Positions 1-9,230 are shown, numbered from the stretch's first letter. The stretch: DNA of 64,000 nt from Candidatus Hermodarchaeota archaeon (GCA_048885865.1 JBHLLF010000003.1:64001-128000), one strand, 5' to 3'. The notes: a model not told the origin generated them from the sequence alone. Made by a program: numbers and translations.

Positions 1-10
1 AGATGGTCCA

Positions 11-1519
11 TCACGTTAGTAACTTCAAAACCTCTCTAGTTAGGTCTAATGCCGTCCTACTCTTGATGGGATTTGAATTAATCGCTTTGGTGAACGTGGC
101 ATTAATCCTCTGAGTCCCAAACTCAAGGCTATCAAGAGAATCTTCGCCCTTTGTGCCGAGAACGGTACAGCTTGTTATAGTACCAGGGCCTCTTTTGACC
201 CAGAGATGCAATTCTGTTTTACCGCCACGGACACCAAGAGAAATAACATACGAGTCGAAGTAAATGCCATTATGACCACCTGAACTGACAGTTTGCACTT
301 TGGGCCAAGTGTGCTTTGGTGGTATCATGTAATCCACGGAAGTGATATCCCAGCCCTCGCCAGCAATCAGCTTCATCAAGGTATCTTCAAGGGTGACTAT
401 TGCATCGCTTTCGCAACCAATGCAAACGACTGCTTGTGGAGGACGCTCAATAGCTCTATCTGTCCCAAATGGACGATTAACCAAGGATAACGCATTTCCA
501 CCAAGAATCCTCTGGGCATCTTCTAATCCTCCTGGAAAATCGCGAGACAGAAGATGAAGTATGAGTTCAACAGCTTGTACCGAGAGAAAGGTGTAGTCAG
601 TCCCAAAAAGAAGATTATCCGACCAACTCCCCGTAGACATGTTTAACCGATCCTTCGACATTCTGAAGAGAACAGGTACATCCTTGTCATGGAGTGTAGA
701 AGTTTCTCCATAGATAGCAGGATCCCGCAATATTTCATAGAGCTTAGTACTTCCGGGACTCATGGCACAATGTGCGAGGATGATACTCAGTCCCCGCATA
801 GCATTCGTATATCTATCATCTTCCCTCATTGAGACCACTAGGTTTCTTATTCTCTCGGCTGTCCGGATGTTCCTTGTGTCCAGAATCACAGGGATGCGTA
901 GCTCTCCTGCTCTAGCAACTACAGCCTTCATATATTCGGACTCGATATCTTCCAAGAATAGCTGAGCTAGAGGATGGAGTTTCAAGCCCCTAAGTCCGAG
1001 CTCGCCGATAGCTCTGTCAAGCTCTCGAATTGGTAAATCAGGTGTCCCACTCAGGGCGTCCTTTGGATCTACCCGAGCGAAACCAATAAGCCTAGATGAA
1101 TGAGGAGCACGTGATGTCCAAGCTGCAATCCTGTCGTTTGATACATAAAACGATGGCTCATCTGGGGATCGACTCTTGGAGTAGTCATCCGTGTAAGGAA
1201 ATGCAATTGTTCGGTCGACCAGCCAGCCATGATTCATCCGTGCCCACTTCTCTTTGGCTGCAAAAATCCTCTCCGGCAACTCAGGTATTTCAATCCGTAC
1301 AGGCTCATACAATAATGCGTCATTATTCATCATTTTCTCAGCCATTCGCTGCATCTCGATCCATAGTAGCGCATAGAACTCATATGCCCCTCCGGGAGTA
1401 TTCCGATGGCTCTTCTCTTTGCCCATATGGTGATGAGCATCCACAATGTATAGTTTGAACTCATCTCCCTTTCTGATGCCTTTCTCTGGAATGTCTTGAA
1501 GTGCTCGAACAACCAACAT
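11..1519 (-). CDS. Amidohydrolase_2-type metal-dependent hydrolase (TIM barrel) with C-terminal extra domain
   Basis: Motifs VDAHHHMG, RLIGFARVDP, GLRGLKLHP, IILAHC, LLFGTDY, QRILGGNA. Confidence 0.85.
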   Translation of the reverse strand: MLVVRALQDIPEKGIRKGDEFKLYIVDAHHHMGKEKSHRNTPGGAYEFYALLWIEMQRMAEKMMNNDALLYEPVRIEIPELPERIFAAKEKWARMNHGWLVDRTIAFPYTDDYSKSRSPDEPSFYVSNDRIAAWTSRAPHSSRLIGFARVDPKDALSGTPDLPIRELDRAIGELGLRGLKLHPLAQLFLEDIESEYMKAVVARAGELRIPVILDTRNIRTAERIRNLVVSMREDDRYTNAMRGLSIILAHCAMSPGSTKLYEILRDPAIYGETSTLHDKDVPVLFRMSKDRLNMSTGSWSDNLLFGTDYTFLSVQAVELILHLLSRDFPGGLEDAQRILGGNALSLVNRPFGTDRAIERPPQAVVCIGCESDAIVTLEDTLMKLIAGEGWDITSVDYMIPPKHTWPKVQTVSSGGHNGIYFDSYVISLGVRGGKTELHLWVKRGPGTITSCTVLGTKGEDSLDSLEFGTQRINATFTKAINSNPIKSRTALDLTREVLKLLT

Positions 1520-1660
1520 CTAAATGCGGCCTCGGTTGGTGGAGGCTACTGACTTGTGAGAGATAAAGTATTCCTTCATAGACAGAAGCACGAAGTGCAT
1601 CTGCGTCAGGCATATATCCAAACGTGAGAAACTGGAGAATAGAGTCCGCGGGAGCATGAA

Positions 1661-4324
1661 TTGATGCTTGTTGTTGAAGACACTGCAGAGGGCGAGGTCA
1701 AGCGCTTCCTAGTGGTTGATGCGCTGATACAACTAGGAGAGATTCAGGCCGGTTCTCAAAGCAGAATCTTTGACCCCAATAGGGTGCTCTCATTCTATGA
1801 TATGGTTGAGAATCAGCTACTCGATTACTCAAGCAAATATCCTGAGGCCTTCAAATATGTCCCCCGAAGAGCATATGCCTACCTCAAGAGACCTCCTATT
1901 CTTAGTGAGCTATATCACGATGTTTCTTCTTCAGAACTAGGATGGTTTGCCGATCTTTTCGCAGTGAGACCACTGCTAGGAGTGGGAGATACCAAGCTGC
2001 CCCTCGAACAGCGCAGGAAAAACATCACACGCACTGAGAACTGGAGTGTCACTCCACCCTTTAGCTCAAGATTATATCGACTTCAAGACATGAGATTTGG
2101 CAGCCGAGGTCGAAATGGCTGGGGTGCGGTAATGACCGCTCTGGACCTAAAAGAGTCGCTGAGAAATGACAATCGCACAGACCTCCTGAGCTATTTCAAA
2201 TCCCAGTTGCCGTTGCTAATTGAGATGGAAAAGAAGGAGGACCTTGATTTGCTAATGGAATGGCTGGTCTTCCTAAAGGATGCTGGGCTTGAGGCGCCGC
2301 CCACGCTTTTCCTACTTCGAGATCATAAGGCGTGGAACTCTGAGATCATGCGGCTGCTTCAGATTCCAAATTCCAGATTACTGCTTGCTGGTGCAACAAT
2401 AACCTCATTATCGACAATAATCAAAGACCTTCGCAACTCAACAGGCGATTCTGATTGGTCCAAGAAGTTTGTATTTGCGAGTGCATATCCTGAAACTCAG
2501 AAAGGTGATAGCATTACAGAGATCATCAGCTTTCTTCTGAGTAATAACTTGGGAGCTACTCCTGAAGAGCTGCAGCGGATTCTTGCAGGGAACCTTCTCA
2601 GTATGCTACCGCCAAGGCCTCCATATTACGAGTATGTGGACAACACATCCAGTGTGATTGCAGAAGGATTGATCGGAAAGGCATCACTCAGTGAAATGTC
2701 AAGAATCTTTAGAATCCTCGCGGCCAGAAAGATCCAGATTATCGAGTCTTTTGATTACATGATTGCAAACGAAGGCGGCGAGATCCATCTCAACGATTCG
2801 ATTTTAACTGTAAGAAATCCTATATCAAAGACGGCCAACACTGTTGTATTGCTTAACGAGCCTGATGACTCCCTCACGGTTTCTGGTTGGAGAAATTCTT
2901 TCACAAGAAAATCTCCAGATAGAATGATAGACCCTCTCAAGTCTCTAGTTCAATCAACAGCCAGAACAGATGGCCCCATTCTACAGTCGCCATCAGATAT
3001 AAACCGGTTCAATCGTGCCCTCCTAGACTGCCTGAAAGTGAAGAACATGCAGGAGATTCTTTCCGCGCTGCATTTCAAGCTAAATATGTCAGGTACCAAG
3101 AATGGAACACTGTTGATGTCAGAAGACGATATGCGTGCCATGGGTGTAGCAAATGGAGATTTGGTGTTGGGCATGGATGCCATGGAAGGTCAGTGGTGGG
3201 CAGGCTGTGTCGAACTAGATGCAGGATGTCCTCAACGAACCATTTGTGTTTCAAAAGACGACGCACTTATTCTTGGACTTTCGGAAGATTCGGTTGTGGA
3301 CATAGTCAAGAGCGAAGGCAAGATTAAGAACCTAGAGAAAGCTGTCTTTGCGTTGGACTCGACTAAGGGATTCTCAAGAGCGGAACTGCTGTCATATGCA
3401 TACCTGCATGCAGAGAGACTGCAAAAGACATTGAACGGTCAAATTCTGGGCAAGGGAACTTCAATCTGGATCAATGGTCGTGATGCTGGGGCTTGCATGA
3501 CACTCACGCACTCTGTTCCACCTCTGGATCCTGGAGAATTAGCTAGACTAGCTGGCGACTCATTGGAATTTAGACCTTCACAGATGTTCAGACCATTCAA
3601 CATGATTCTAGCCATATCGACAGATAGTGGAATGGGTGTTCAAGACATTGAACTCAAGACAGTGCAGTCTTTGAAGCGAAGACTGAGCACATTGTCCTCG
3701 ATAGTGCCGGAGATTGAAGACCTCCTATCGAATCTCGGAACCTCAATAACTAGAATGGATATGGCGACACTTGCAGCTTTGCTGCTAATTCAAAGTCTGT
3801 CCGGCAATAGAACTGATGGGTCGTTGGGTATCGTCACAGTTGGAGAAACCCCTACGAAATTCTCAATTCAAAAGGGAGAGATCATTCAGACGAGAATACA
3901 GTTCTCCAATGACTTTGCATCTGAGGATGTTCTGGTGTCAATACTCTATTCGTTATTGGACAGTTCCCGTGATTTCGGAGGTTCGGCCAGATTATCAGGC
4001 GCATTCAGAGCTATAGCCGAGTTCCTAGAAGACTTCGGTTCTGAAATGCCAACACTAATTGTATTGATGGCCAATCTAGGCGGTGAAACCTTCGAAGATG
4101 TGAAACCATTCCTACAAGCAATAGCATCAAGAAACAGATACCAAATAGAGATTCTTAGCCTGGGAGAAGATGCTCAGAGCCTTAGTCCTGATTTCAGAGA
4201 TATCAATGTAAGAGTGCATCACATGACCAGTTTTGCGGCTGATGTTTTTGAGGGCTACTTGGCCAATGTTATTGAGAAACTAGTGATGGGAAATCTTGAC
4301 CATTCTACTTCCGATGCCTTTTGA
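1661..4324 (+). CDS. Multidomain protein: degenerate amidohydrolase paralog + CDC48/VAT N-terminal-like domain + degenerate vWA domain
   Basis: N-half aligns by eye with the 11..1519 protein (VDALIQLG vs VDAHHHMG, FVFASAYP vs LLFGTDY, QRILAGN vs QRILGGN, ESFDYMI vs TSVDYMI). MSEDDMRAMGVANGDLV...ICVSKDDALILGLSEDSVVDIV resembles a double-psi barrel. FNMILAISTDSGM...PTLIVLM...IEILSLG is vWA-like. Confidence 0.65.
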   Translation: MMLVVEDTAEGEVKRFLVVDALIQLGEIQAGSQSRIFDPNRVLSFYDMVENQLLDYSSKYPEAFKYVPRRAYAYLKRPPILSELYHDVSSSELGWFADLFAVRPLLGVGDTKLPLEQRRKNITRTENWSVTPPFSSRLYRLQDMRFGSRGRNGWGAVMTALDLKESLRNDNRTDLLSYFKSQLPLLIEMEKKEDLDLLMEWLVFLKDAGLEAPPTLFLLRDHKAWNSEIMRLLQIPNSRLLLAGATITSLSTIIKDLRNSTGDSDWSKKFVFASAYPETQKGDSITEIISFLLSNNLGATPEELQRILAGNLLSMLPPRPPYYEYVDNTSSVIAEGLIGKASLSEMSRIFRILAARKIQIIESFDYMIANEGGEIHLNDSILTVRNPISKTANTVVLLNEPDDSLTVSGWRNSFTRKSPDRMIDPLKSLVQSTARTDGPILQSPSDINRFNRALLDCLKVKNMQEILSALHFKLNMSGTKNGTLLMSEDDMRAMGVANGDLVLGMDAMEGQWWAGCVELDAGCPQRTICVSKDDALILGLSEDSVVDIVKSEGKIKNLEKAVFALDSTKGFSRAELLSYAYLHAERLQKTLNGQILGKGTSIWINGRDAGACMTLTHSVPPLDPGELARLAGDSLEFRPSQMFRPFNMILAISTDSGMGVQDIELKTVQSLKRRLSTLSSIVPEIEDLLSNLGTSITRMDMATLAALLLIQSLSGNRTDGSLGIVTVGETPTKFSIQKGEIIQTRIQFSNDFASEDVLVSILYSLLDSSRDFGGSARLSGAFRAIAEFLEDFGSEMPTLIVLMANLGGETFEDVKPFLQAIASRNRYQIEILSLGEDAQSLSPDFRDINVRVHHMTSFAADVFEGYLANVIEKLVMGNLDHSTSDAF

Positions 4325-4595
4325 GAGACTCAATTGTAGCTATTCGGGTTTCCAGCAAATCAACCTCAACTTCAATGTCATCTATCGTATTGCCAATTTC
4401 CTCGATTGCATTGAAATGGTCACGAATACTCAATCCTTCCAGCCGAGTAGATTCTGCATCTATAAAGGATAGAATCTCTTTGACACCATTTAAACGCGCA
4501 TGAATTTCCTCAATTATGGCCAGTGTTTCTTCTATCCGGCCTATCGCAGGAGGGATTCTCGGACTCTCTGGCACAAGATTCACATCCGACTTCAT
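4305..4595 (-). CDS. Small coiled-coil protein
   Basis: 96 aa with heptad pattern; start overlaps the upstream stop (translational coupling). Confidence 0.6.
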   Translation of the reverse strand: MKSDVNLVPESPRIPPAIGRIEETLAIIEEIHARLNGVKEILSFIDAESTRLEGLSIRDHFNAIEEIGNTIDDIEVEVDLLETRIATIESLKRHRK

Positions 4596-5833
4596 TCGAT
4601 GAGCTGAGAGGCACGTTCCTCTATTATTCCCAGTCTGGCAGTTAGCTCTTCAAGCCTATCCAGCAGATGTCCAAGCTTGGTGCGCAGCATCCCTACAGCT
4701 GCACCTTCATCTCCTCCAAAATCACCTGTCATCATGGATGAGTTCAGCTGGTCGGCAAGTAATTGGGATTGGTTCTCAATTATCTCCAGCCTCTCAATGA
4801 TTTCCTCAACTGGGAATTTTTCCATGCGCGTTCTTAGGTCATCAACCAATGTCGTAAGAGATTGAGCTGCTCGTTTCTCTTCATCACTAATCATTGGTTT
4901 GACTGGTTCTGCCAAGATGAAGGACTTCTTCACCCCCTCTAGTAAGCCTTCAGGTTTGCTTACCACCACCTCTCTAGTTCTTGTTGGAGGGTGAACTCTG
5001 TCACCCCTCTCGAACCAAGCAGGCACCAGAAATTTGCGTGCAATATCTTCAAGATCTGTATCCAGTAGTATCGCGAAGGTAGCTAATTCTCGTGGATTAT
5101 CCCAGATAGCTAGCTCCACACTGTCCTCCTTTCTAAGAATCGCCGCGGCCACTCCCAGATTCAGATCCTCAAAGATCGGCAAATCAATAAGCCAACGGCT
5201 GAAGAGAAGCGCAAAGGCTGGAATCTGTCTCAACTTCCCGCATCGCAAGGCAATTGAGTATTCCTCCTCCGGTAGTTCAATTGCTTGCTTTATCCAAATT
5301 GATGTGTTGAATTTTCTTCCGGGGATGGTCAGACTAAGAACTTCAGCAGCCTCCCATTCTATGGCGTCTATTCTCAATTGTTCAATATAGTCCAAATGTG
5401 GTTCCTCAAATTCCGGAGAGAGTTTCTCTCCCAGAATATACTTCAAGACAAGGCGAATGATTTCGTGTGGGGAATAGTCACGAAGCCAGATAGTTGTGGC
5501 CAGCTTGACTCGCCCTCGTGCGTGTTCATCATCGGATAACACAACGACCAGCTTCGATGAATCAAGCCCTGGCTCTCCAAGAATGAAGATGCCGGTTCTT
5601 CCAGGAGCATCCATTGCGCGATCAGCCATCAAATGTACAGCATCATGAGTCGGTTCAATGTAATTCTCTTGATTGAATTTCGTAGTTGAAGACTCTTGGA
5701 GTCCTTTTGCTAGCAGCCCTTCCTCAACCCATCCCGATTTGAGTCCCTTTTCTGGAAGTTGCGATATTAGATATCCAAGAACTTCGCTGCTACTATACAT
5801 TGCTTGAAGTCTGGTTATTGCTTCGTCGTTCAC
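4592..5833 (-). CDS. Hypothetical protein with C-terminal coiled coil
   Basis: 413-aa ORF with 4-bp overlaps to both neighbours; no family recognised. Confidence 0.7.
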   Translation of the reverse strand: MNDEAITRLQAMYSSSEVLGYLISQLPEKGLKSGWVEEGLLAKGLQESSTTKFNQENYIEPTHDAVHLMADRAMDAPGRTGIFILGEPGLDSSKLVVVLSDDEHARGRVKLATTIWLRDYSPHEIIRLVLKYILGEKLSPEFEEPHLDYIEQLRIDAIEWEAAEVLSLTIPGRKFNTSIWIKQAIELPEEEYSIALRCGKLRQIPAFALLFSRWLIDLPIFEDLNLGVAAAILRKEDSVELAIWDNPRELATFAILLDTDLEDIARKFLVPAWFERGDRVHPPTRTREVVVSKPEGLLEGVKKSFILAEPVKPMISDEEKRAAQSLTTLVDDLRTRMEKFPVEEIIERLEIIENQSQLLADQLNSSMMTGDFGGDEGAAVGMLRTKLGHLLDRLEELTARLGIIEERASQLIE

Positions 5834-6957
5834 CTGCCAACAACCTCGTTATCAATCCTATCGAATATTCTCTCAATCCTTGGTTTAACTTCTTTGAACT
5901 TGTCTATATGAATCAGACTCCCTTTACCCGCAACCGCAATAGCTTGCATTAAATCCATGTCTGATTCGGTTCCCAGTGCCACGCATGTAACAAAGATGCC
6001 TTGGCTCGCCCCCATTTTTCTTGCTGTAATAACCGGATTGCGACCTGAAGTGAATGCACCACCAGATATGAGTATCACAAGGGTGGGGAGCCCATTCCGC
6101 GATTTCAGTTGGTGTGCTATTTCAATAGACAAATCCATGGCGCTCCCAGGATTTGATGGTTCATCATTGCGGTCATTATTCTGTTCTGAAAGCCAATCAT
6201 GGATTGACTGATATGATTCTGAACTCAACTGAAGCATGCTACCTTCGGTAGTTGCCAATTCTTCGGACGACTCGCCAAACGCAACAGCTGAAACCAAAGC
6301 ATCATCGCACTCCTTGGCAGAGGATAGTATGGTCTCAATTGCACACAGACTAGCTTTGAATCGTGTGATTCCTGCAGTGCCATCTTCCATCTCTATATCT
6401 TCAATACCAGATGATGCTCCCACGTCTACCAAGCAACATAAATTGAAACAAGAAGGAAATTCAGCTTGAGCGGTAAGATTGACCTTCATTAGCTGATTCC
6501 ATATAATCCTAGATGCCTGCAGTTGCTCTGTAACGGGCTTTGAGTTATCCACGATTAATCCTATGCCAAGATCAGCAATATCAATCCGCTGTCCCATTCG
6601 TACAATACGACCATCAAGATGGTCCTTGAGATCATCGATTCGTCTGGATAGAGCATCCACAGCTTTTGTATTCTCTACTCCTTCCAGAGAATCAACAAGC
6701 AGAGATAGCTCATTGGAGTCAGGAATTGCTTCAGGAACAGCTGTCAAGGTAACTTCGCTGTGCTCTTCACATCCCAATTCATTGAATATTCGGGAATCGA
6801 TCACAATGGAGCCAGAAGCTATTCTCTCTGAAGTGCGAATGTCAGTGAAAACAATCACTCCTTCATAGCTCAATTGCGCCGTTGAAATCGTGGTTACAGA
6901 GGGATGCACAAATGAGATTCCTCTCTGGCTTCGCCCTTTGATAGCATCAAGCTCCAA
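5830..6957 (-). CDS. CDC48-N-like domain + vWA domain protein
   Basis: GSIVIDSRIFNELGCEEHSEVTL (psi-barrel-like); FNLCCLVDVGASS, VSAVAFG, LVILISGG, CVALG, MQAIAVAGKG (vWA). Probable TTG start at 6957 after AGGTGTGG; ORF track start 7062 overlaps the upstream gene. Confidence 0.7.
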   Translation of the reverse strand: MELDAIKGRSQRGISFVHPSVTTISTAQLSYEGVIVFTDIRTSERIASGSIVIDSRIFNELGCEEHSEVTLTAVPEAIPDSNELSLLVDSLEGVENTKAVDALSRRIDDLKDHLDGRIVRMGQRIDIADLGIGLIVDNSKPVTEQLQASRIIWNQLMKVNLTAQAEFPSCFNLCCLVDVGASSGIEDIEMEDGTAGITRFKASLCAIETILSSAKECDDALVSAVAFGESSEELATTEGSMLQLSSESYQSIHDWLSEQNNDRNDEPSNPGSAMDLSIEIAHQLKSRNGLPTLVILISGGAFTSGRNPVITARKMGASQGIFVTCVALGTESDMDLMQAIAVAGKGSLIHIDKFKEVKPRIERIFDRIDNEVVGR

Positions 6958-6973
6958 GACCGGCCACCCACAC

Positions 6974-8116
6974 CTAATACAGACGGGTATTGTATATCGC
7001 AGTTGCAAGCGATTTGGAACCATACATGACCTCAACACGAATACTTGCCTTACCTTTTTCATCCGTCATTGGCGTGAGCTGCGATTCAATATGTCGTTCA
7101 GAGTTGGGGCCAATTTCATGCTTTTCATTTGTGACCTCAGACACTCCTTCAGGCGTGATTAATGTGACTATAAGACGGATTCCTATTACAGCTCGACTTG
7201 GATTCTTCACTCTCAAATCATACATGAATGGTCTTCCGGCGATCAGAGCGTCAGGGACTTCACCAAGCTCAACACTCATTCCCATCTTTGATGCTGCAAG
7301 CGGACGACCCTTAGGCCATCTTGAAATTTTGCTGAGCTCAAGCAACCGTGAGAGTGATGTCTTTACATCTCTAATCTCCAGTCCAAGCTGAACTGCAGAC
7401 TCCCCGATGTCAAATGTCCCGTCATTTGCCTCATAGTAGGCAAGAACTCTTCGATCAGATTCAATGAGGTCACTTACTCCTTCAAGGATTTGAAGGATAG
7501 CTTCCGGTAATTCGTGTGCCTCCTGAAGAGAATAGTATCGCCCTCCATCTACCGAATCTGCTATGCTTTTGAATGACTCTCTTACAAGAGGATTGCAGCC
7601 ACAAACGAAAATGAATACAGTTTCCCCGTATCGGCTCTTGAGGGATTGCACTTCCCTCTGAGAGTCATGGCCTTTGGGGCACCCGTCTGGAAAGTAATCA
7701 TCGCTGAGGTTGTTGTACTTTCTGCCATGGGGTGGTGCATCACCGACAAGTAGCAACGCCTTGTAGGCATGTTCATCCCATGAGAGCTTTGTCCTAGCAT
7801 CAAACAATCCGTCAGCAACAGCTTCAGGTGTATCTCCACCCTGAGAAGGATTAAGATTCGATATCTCCCTATGTACGTTCTTGATACGATCCGAAAAATC
7901 GAAAATCCGTGTCACGTAGGAGTGATCCTGAGGCGGATGATCACGGTATGAAACTATTGCGAATCGTATACTCAAATCCCTGGTTCGTGTAGTAATTTTG
8001 TCGACAATGTCAAACAAGCTGTCCTTCACTGCACGAATGTCATCTTTCATTGAACCGGTCGTATCGACCACAAAGGCAACGTCAAGTTTGGCTCGCTGCA
8101 GCCCAATCCACTCCAT
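6974..8116 (-). CDS. vWA domain protein (intact MIDAS) with wHTH-like and Ig-like C-terminal domains
   Basis: DVAFVVDTTGSM, VSYRDH, GGDTPEAVADGL, LVGDAPPHG; C-terminal beta-rich region. Confidence 0.85.
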   Translation of the reverse strand: MEWIGLQRAKLDVAFVVDTTGSMKDDIRAVKDSLFDIVDKITTRTRDLSIRFAIVSYRDHPPQDHSYVTRIFDFSDRIKNVHREISNLNPSQGGDTPEAVADGLFDARTKLSWDEHAYKALLLVGDAPPHGRKYNNLSDDYFPDGCPKGHDSQREVQSLKSRYGETVFIFVCGCNPLVRESFKSIADSVDGGRYYSLQEAHELPEAILQILEGVSDLIESDRRVLAYYEANDGTFDIGESAVQLGLEIRDVKTSLSRLLELSKISRWPKGRPLAASKMGMSVELGEVPDALIAGRPFMYDLRVKNPSRAVIGIRLIVTLITPEGVSEVTNEKHEIGPNSERHIESQLTPMTDEKGKASIRVEVMYGSKSLATAIYNTRLY

Positions 8117-8212
8117 TTGAACCTAGAATATGCCACAATTAAGCCTTTGCTGAGGGAGCAGACGTAGGAGATTTTAGTAGCTTGATTCAATTTAGTGACA
8201 ATGGTGTTTCAG

Positions 8213-8590
8213 ATGAGTGAGAGCGACCTGCCATTGGATGTGGAGTTTGAAGGAGAATTTGTTCTGAGTGCAGTTTTACAAAGAGTAATGGCGCCCCTCA
8301 TTATCGAGGACATCAAATCAAAATTGCCGCTCGAAGGCAGAGCTGCGCTGATGCGTGATGAGATGCAAATAACGCTCGGCATAGGAAGAGGCAACATAAA
8401 ACCAACTAAGGAAGTAAAACGGGGAGACATAGCATACATGCCCTTGGGCGATAATCTCTGTATCTATATTTCTGAGAAAACCACATTCAGCCCGGTCACA
8501 GTCATCGGGCATGTAGAATCAGATGGGGAAAAGTTGAATCAGCTTAAGAGCATAAGACGTGGAAGCATGGCCTTGCTCAGAGCAAAGTGA
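8213..8590 (+). CDS. Cyclophilin-like fold protein (DUF369/TM1367 type)
   Basis: APLIIEDIKSKLPLEG...VKRGDIAYMPLGDNLCIY...PVTVIG. Confidence 0.75.
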   Translation: MSESDLPLDVEFEGEFVLSAVLQRVMAPLIIEDIKSKLPLEGRAALMRDEMQITLGIGRGNIKPTKEVKRGDIAYMPLGDNLCIYISEKTTFSPVTVIGHVESDGEKLNQLKSIRRGSMALLRAK

Positions 8591-8597
8591 TGTAGCT

Positions 8598-9152
8598 CTA
8601 TAGACTCTGCTGAAGGTTCCGTAAAAGCAGCTCATTCTCATCAGGTTCTACTACGGTGGGATCTACAACTATGCCAGATTCATGGGCTTCAATAACCACA
8701 TCAATTCCAGATTGACTAACCTTTTTTATCCCTGAATGGGAGAGAGCTCTCACTCTCAATTGGGTCGTGTCGAACTCGGTCCTATCTGCGGATTCGACCG
8801 CCTTGACGTCTCTGCGCAGTTTTGTCTTTGCTATTCGAAGCTGCTCCTTCAACTGGACCAGTTGGAGCTGAAGGTCAATTCGCTCACGATCTGCCGCCTC
8901 GAATTTTGCTAGAACCTCATCATGCTGAGCCTTTGAAACCAGATTTCGGGTTTGATCAATCCAAGTGATGGTAGTGCCATCAAACCGACGTTTCGTTGAT
9001 ACTTGTCCTAGAGCTTTTAGAACAGCTATTACATCATAGATTCGCCGTTTGGGAGTATTGAGTTGCTCAGCTAATACATCGCTCCTAATCCCTTCCTCCC
9101 CATGTTCCTTTAGTATTCTAAGAGCAGTTTTTGCCAAATCTACTAGCTTCAA
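8598..9152 (-). CDS. E2F/DP-like winged-helix transcription factor with coiled coil
   Basis: LAEQLNTPKRRIYDVIAVLKALGQV matches the E2F/DP RRxYD recognition helix, followed by ITWID, a leucine-rich coiled coil and a beta-rich C-terminus; GGGGTG SD + TTG start. Confidence 0.75.
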   Translation of the reverse strand: MKLVDLAKTALRILKEHGEEGIRSDVLAEQLNTPKRRIYDVIAVLKALGQVSTKRRFDGTTITWIDQTRNLVSKAQHDEVLAKFEAADRERIDLQLQLVQLKEQLRIAKTKLRRDVKAVESADRTEFDTTQLRVRALSHSGIKKVSQSGIDVVIEAHESGIVVDPTVVEPDENELLLRNLQQSL

Positions 9153-9222
9153 AGTCGCACCCCACTGACAAGCCGGCTAGAGTTTCCACATAGCACTCTT
9201 CCACTATAGGAATCATTGACTC

Positions 9223-9230
9223 TATTTAAA
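9223..9230 (-). promoter_or_regulatory. Putative TATA box (TTTAAATA) for the E2F-like gene
   Basis: Archaeal TATA consensus on the minus strand about 70 bp upstream of the start codon. Confidence 0.45.

Noticed and set aside
6958-7062. ORF-track start of the 410-aa vWA protein
   Set aside because: Overlaps the upstream gene by about 90 bp; an SD-supported TTG at 6957 is more plausible
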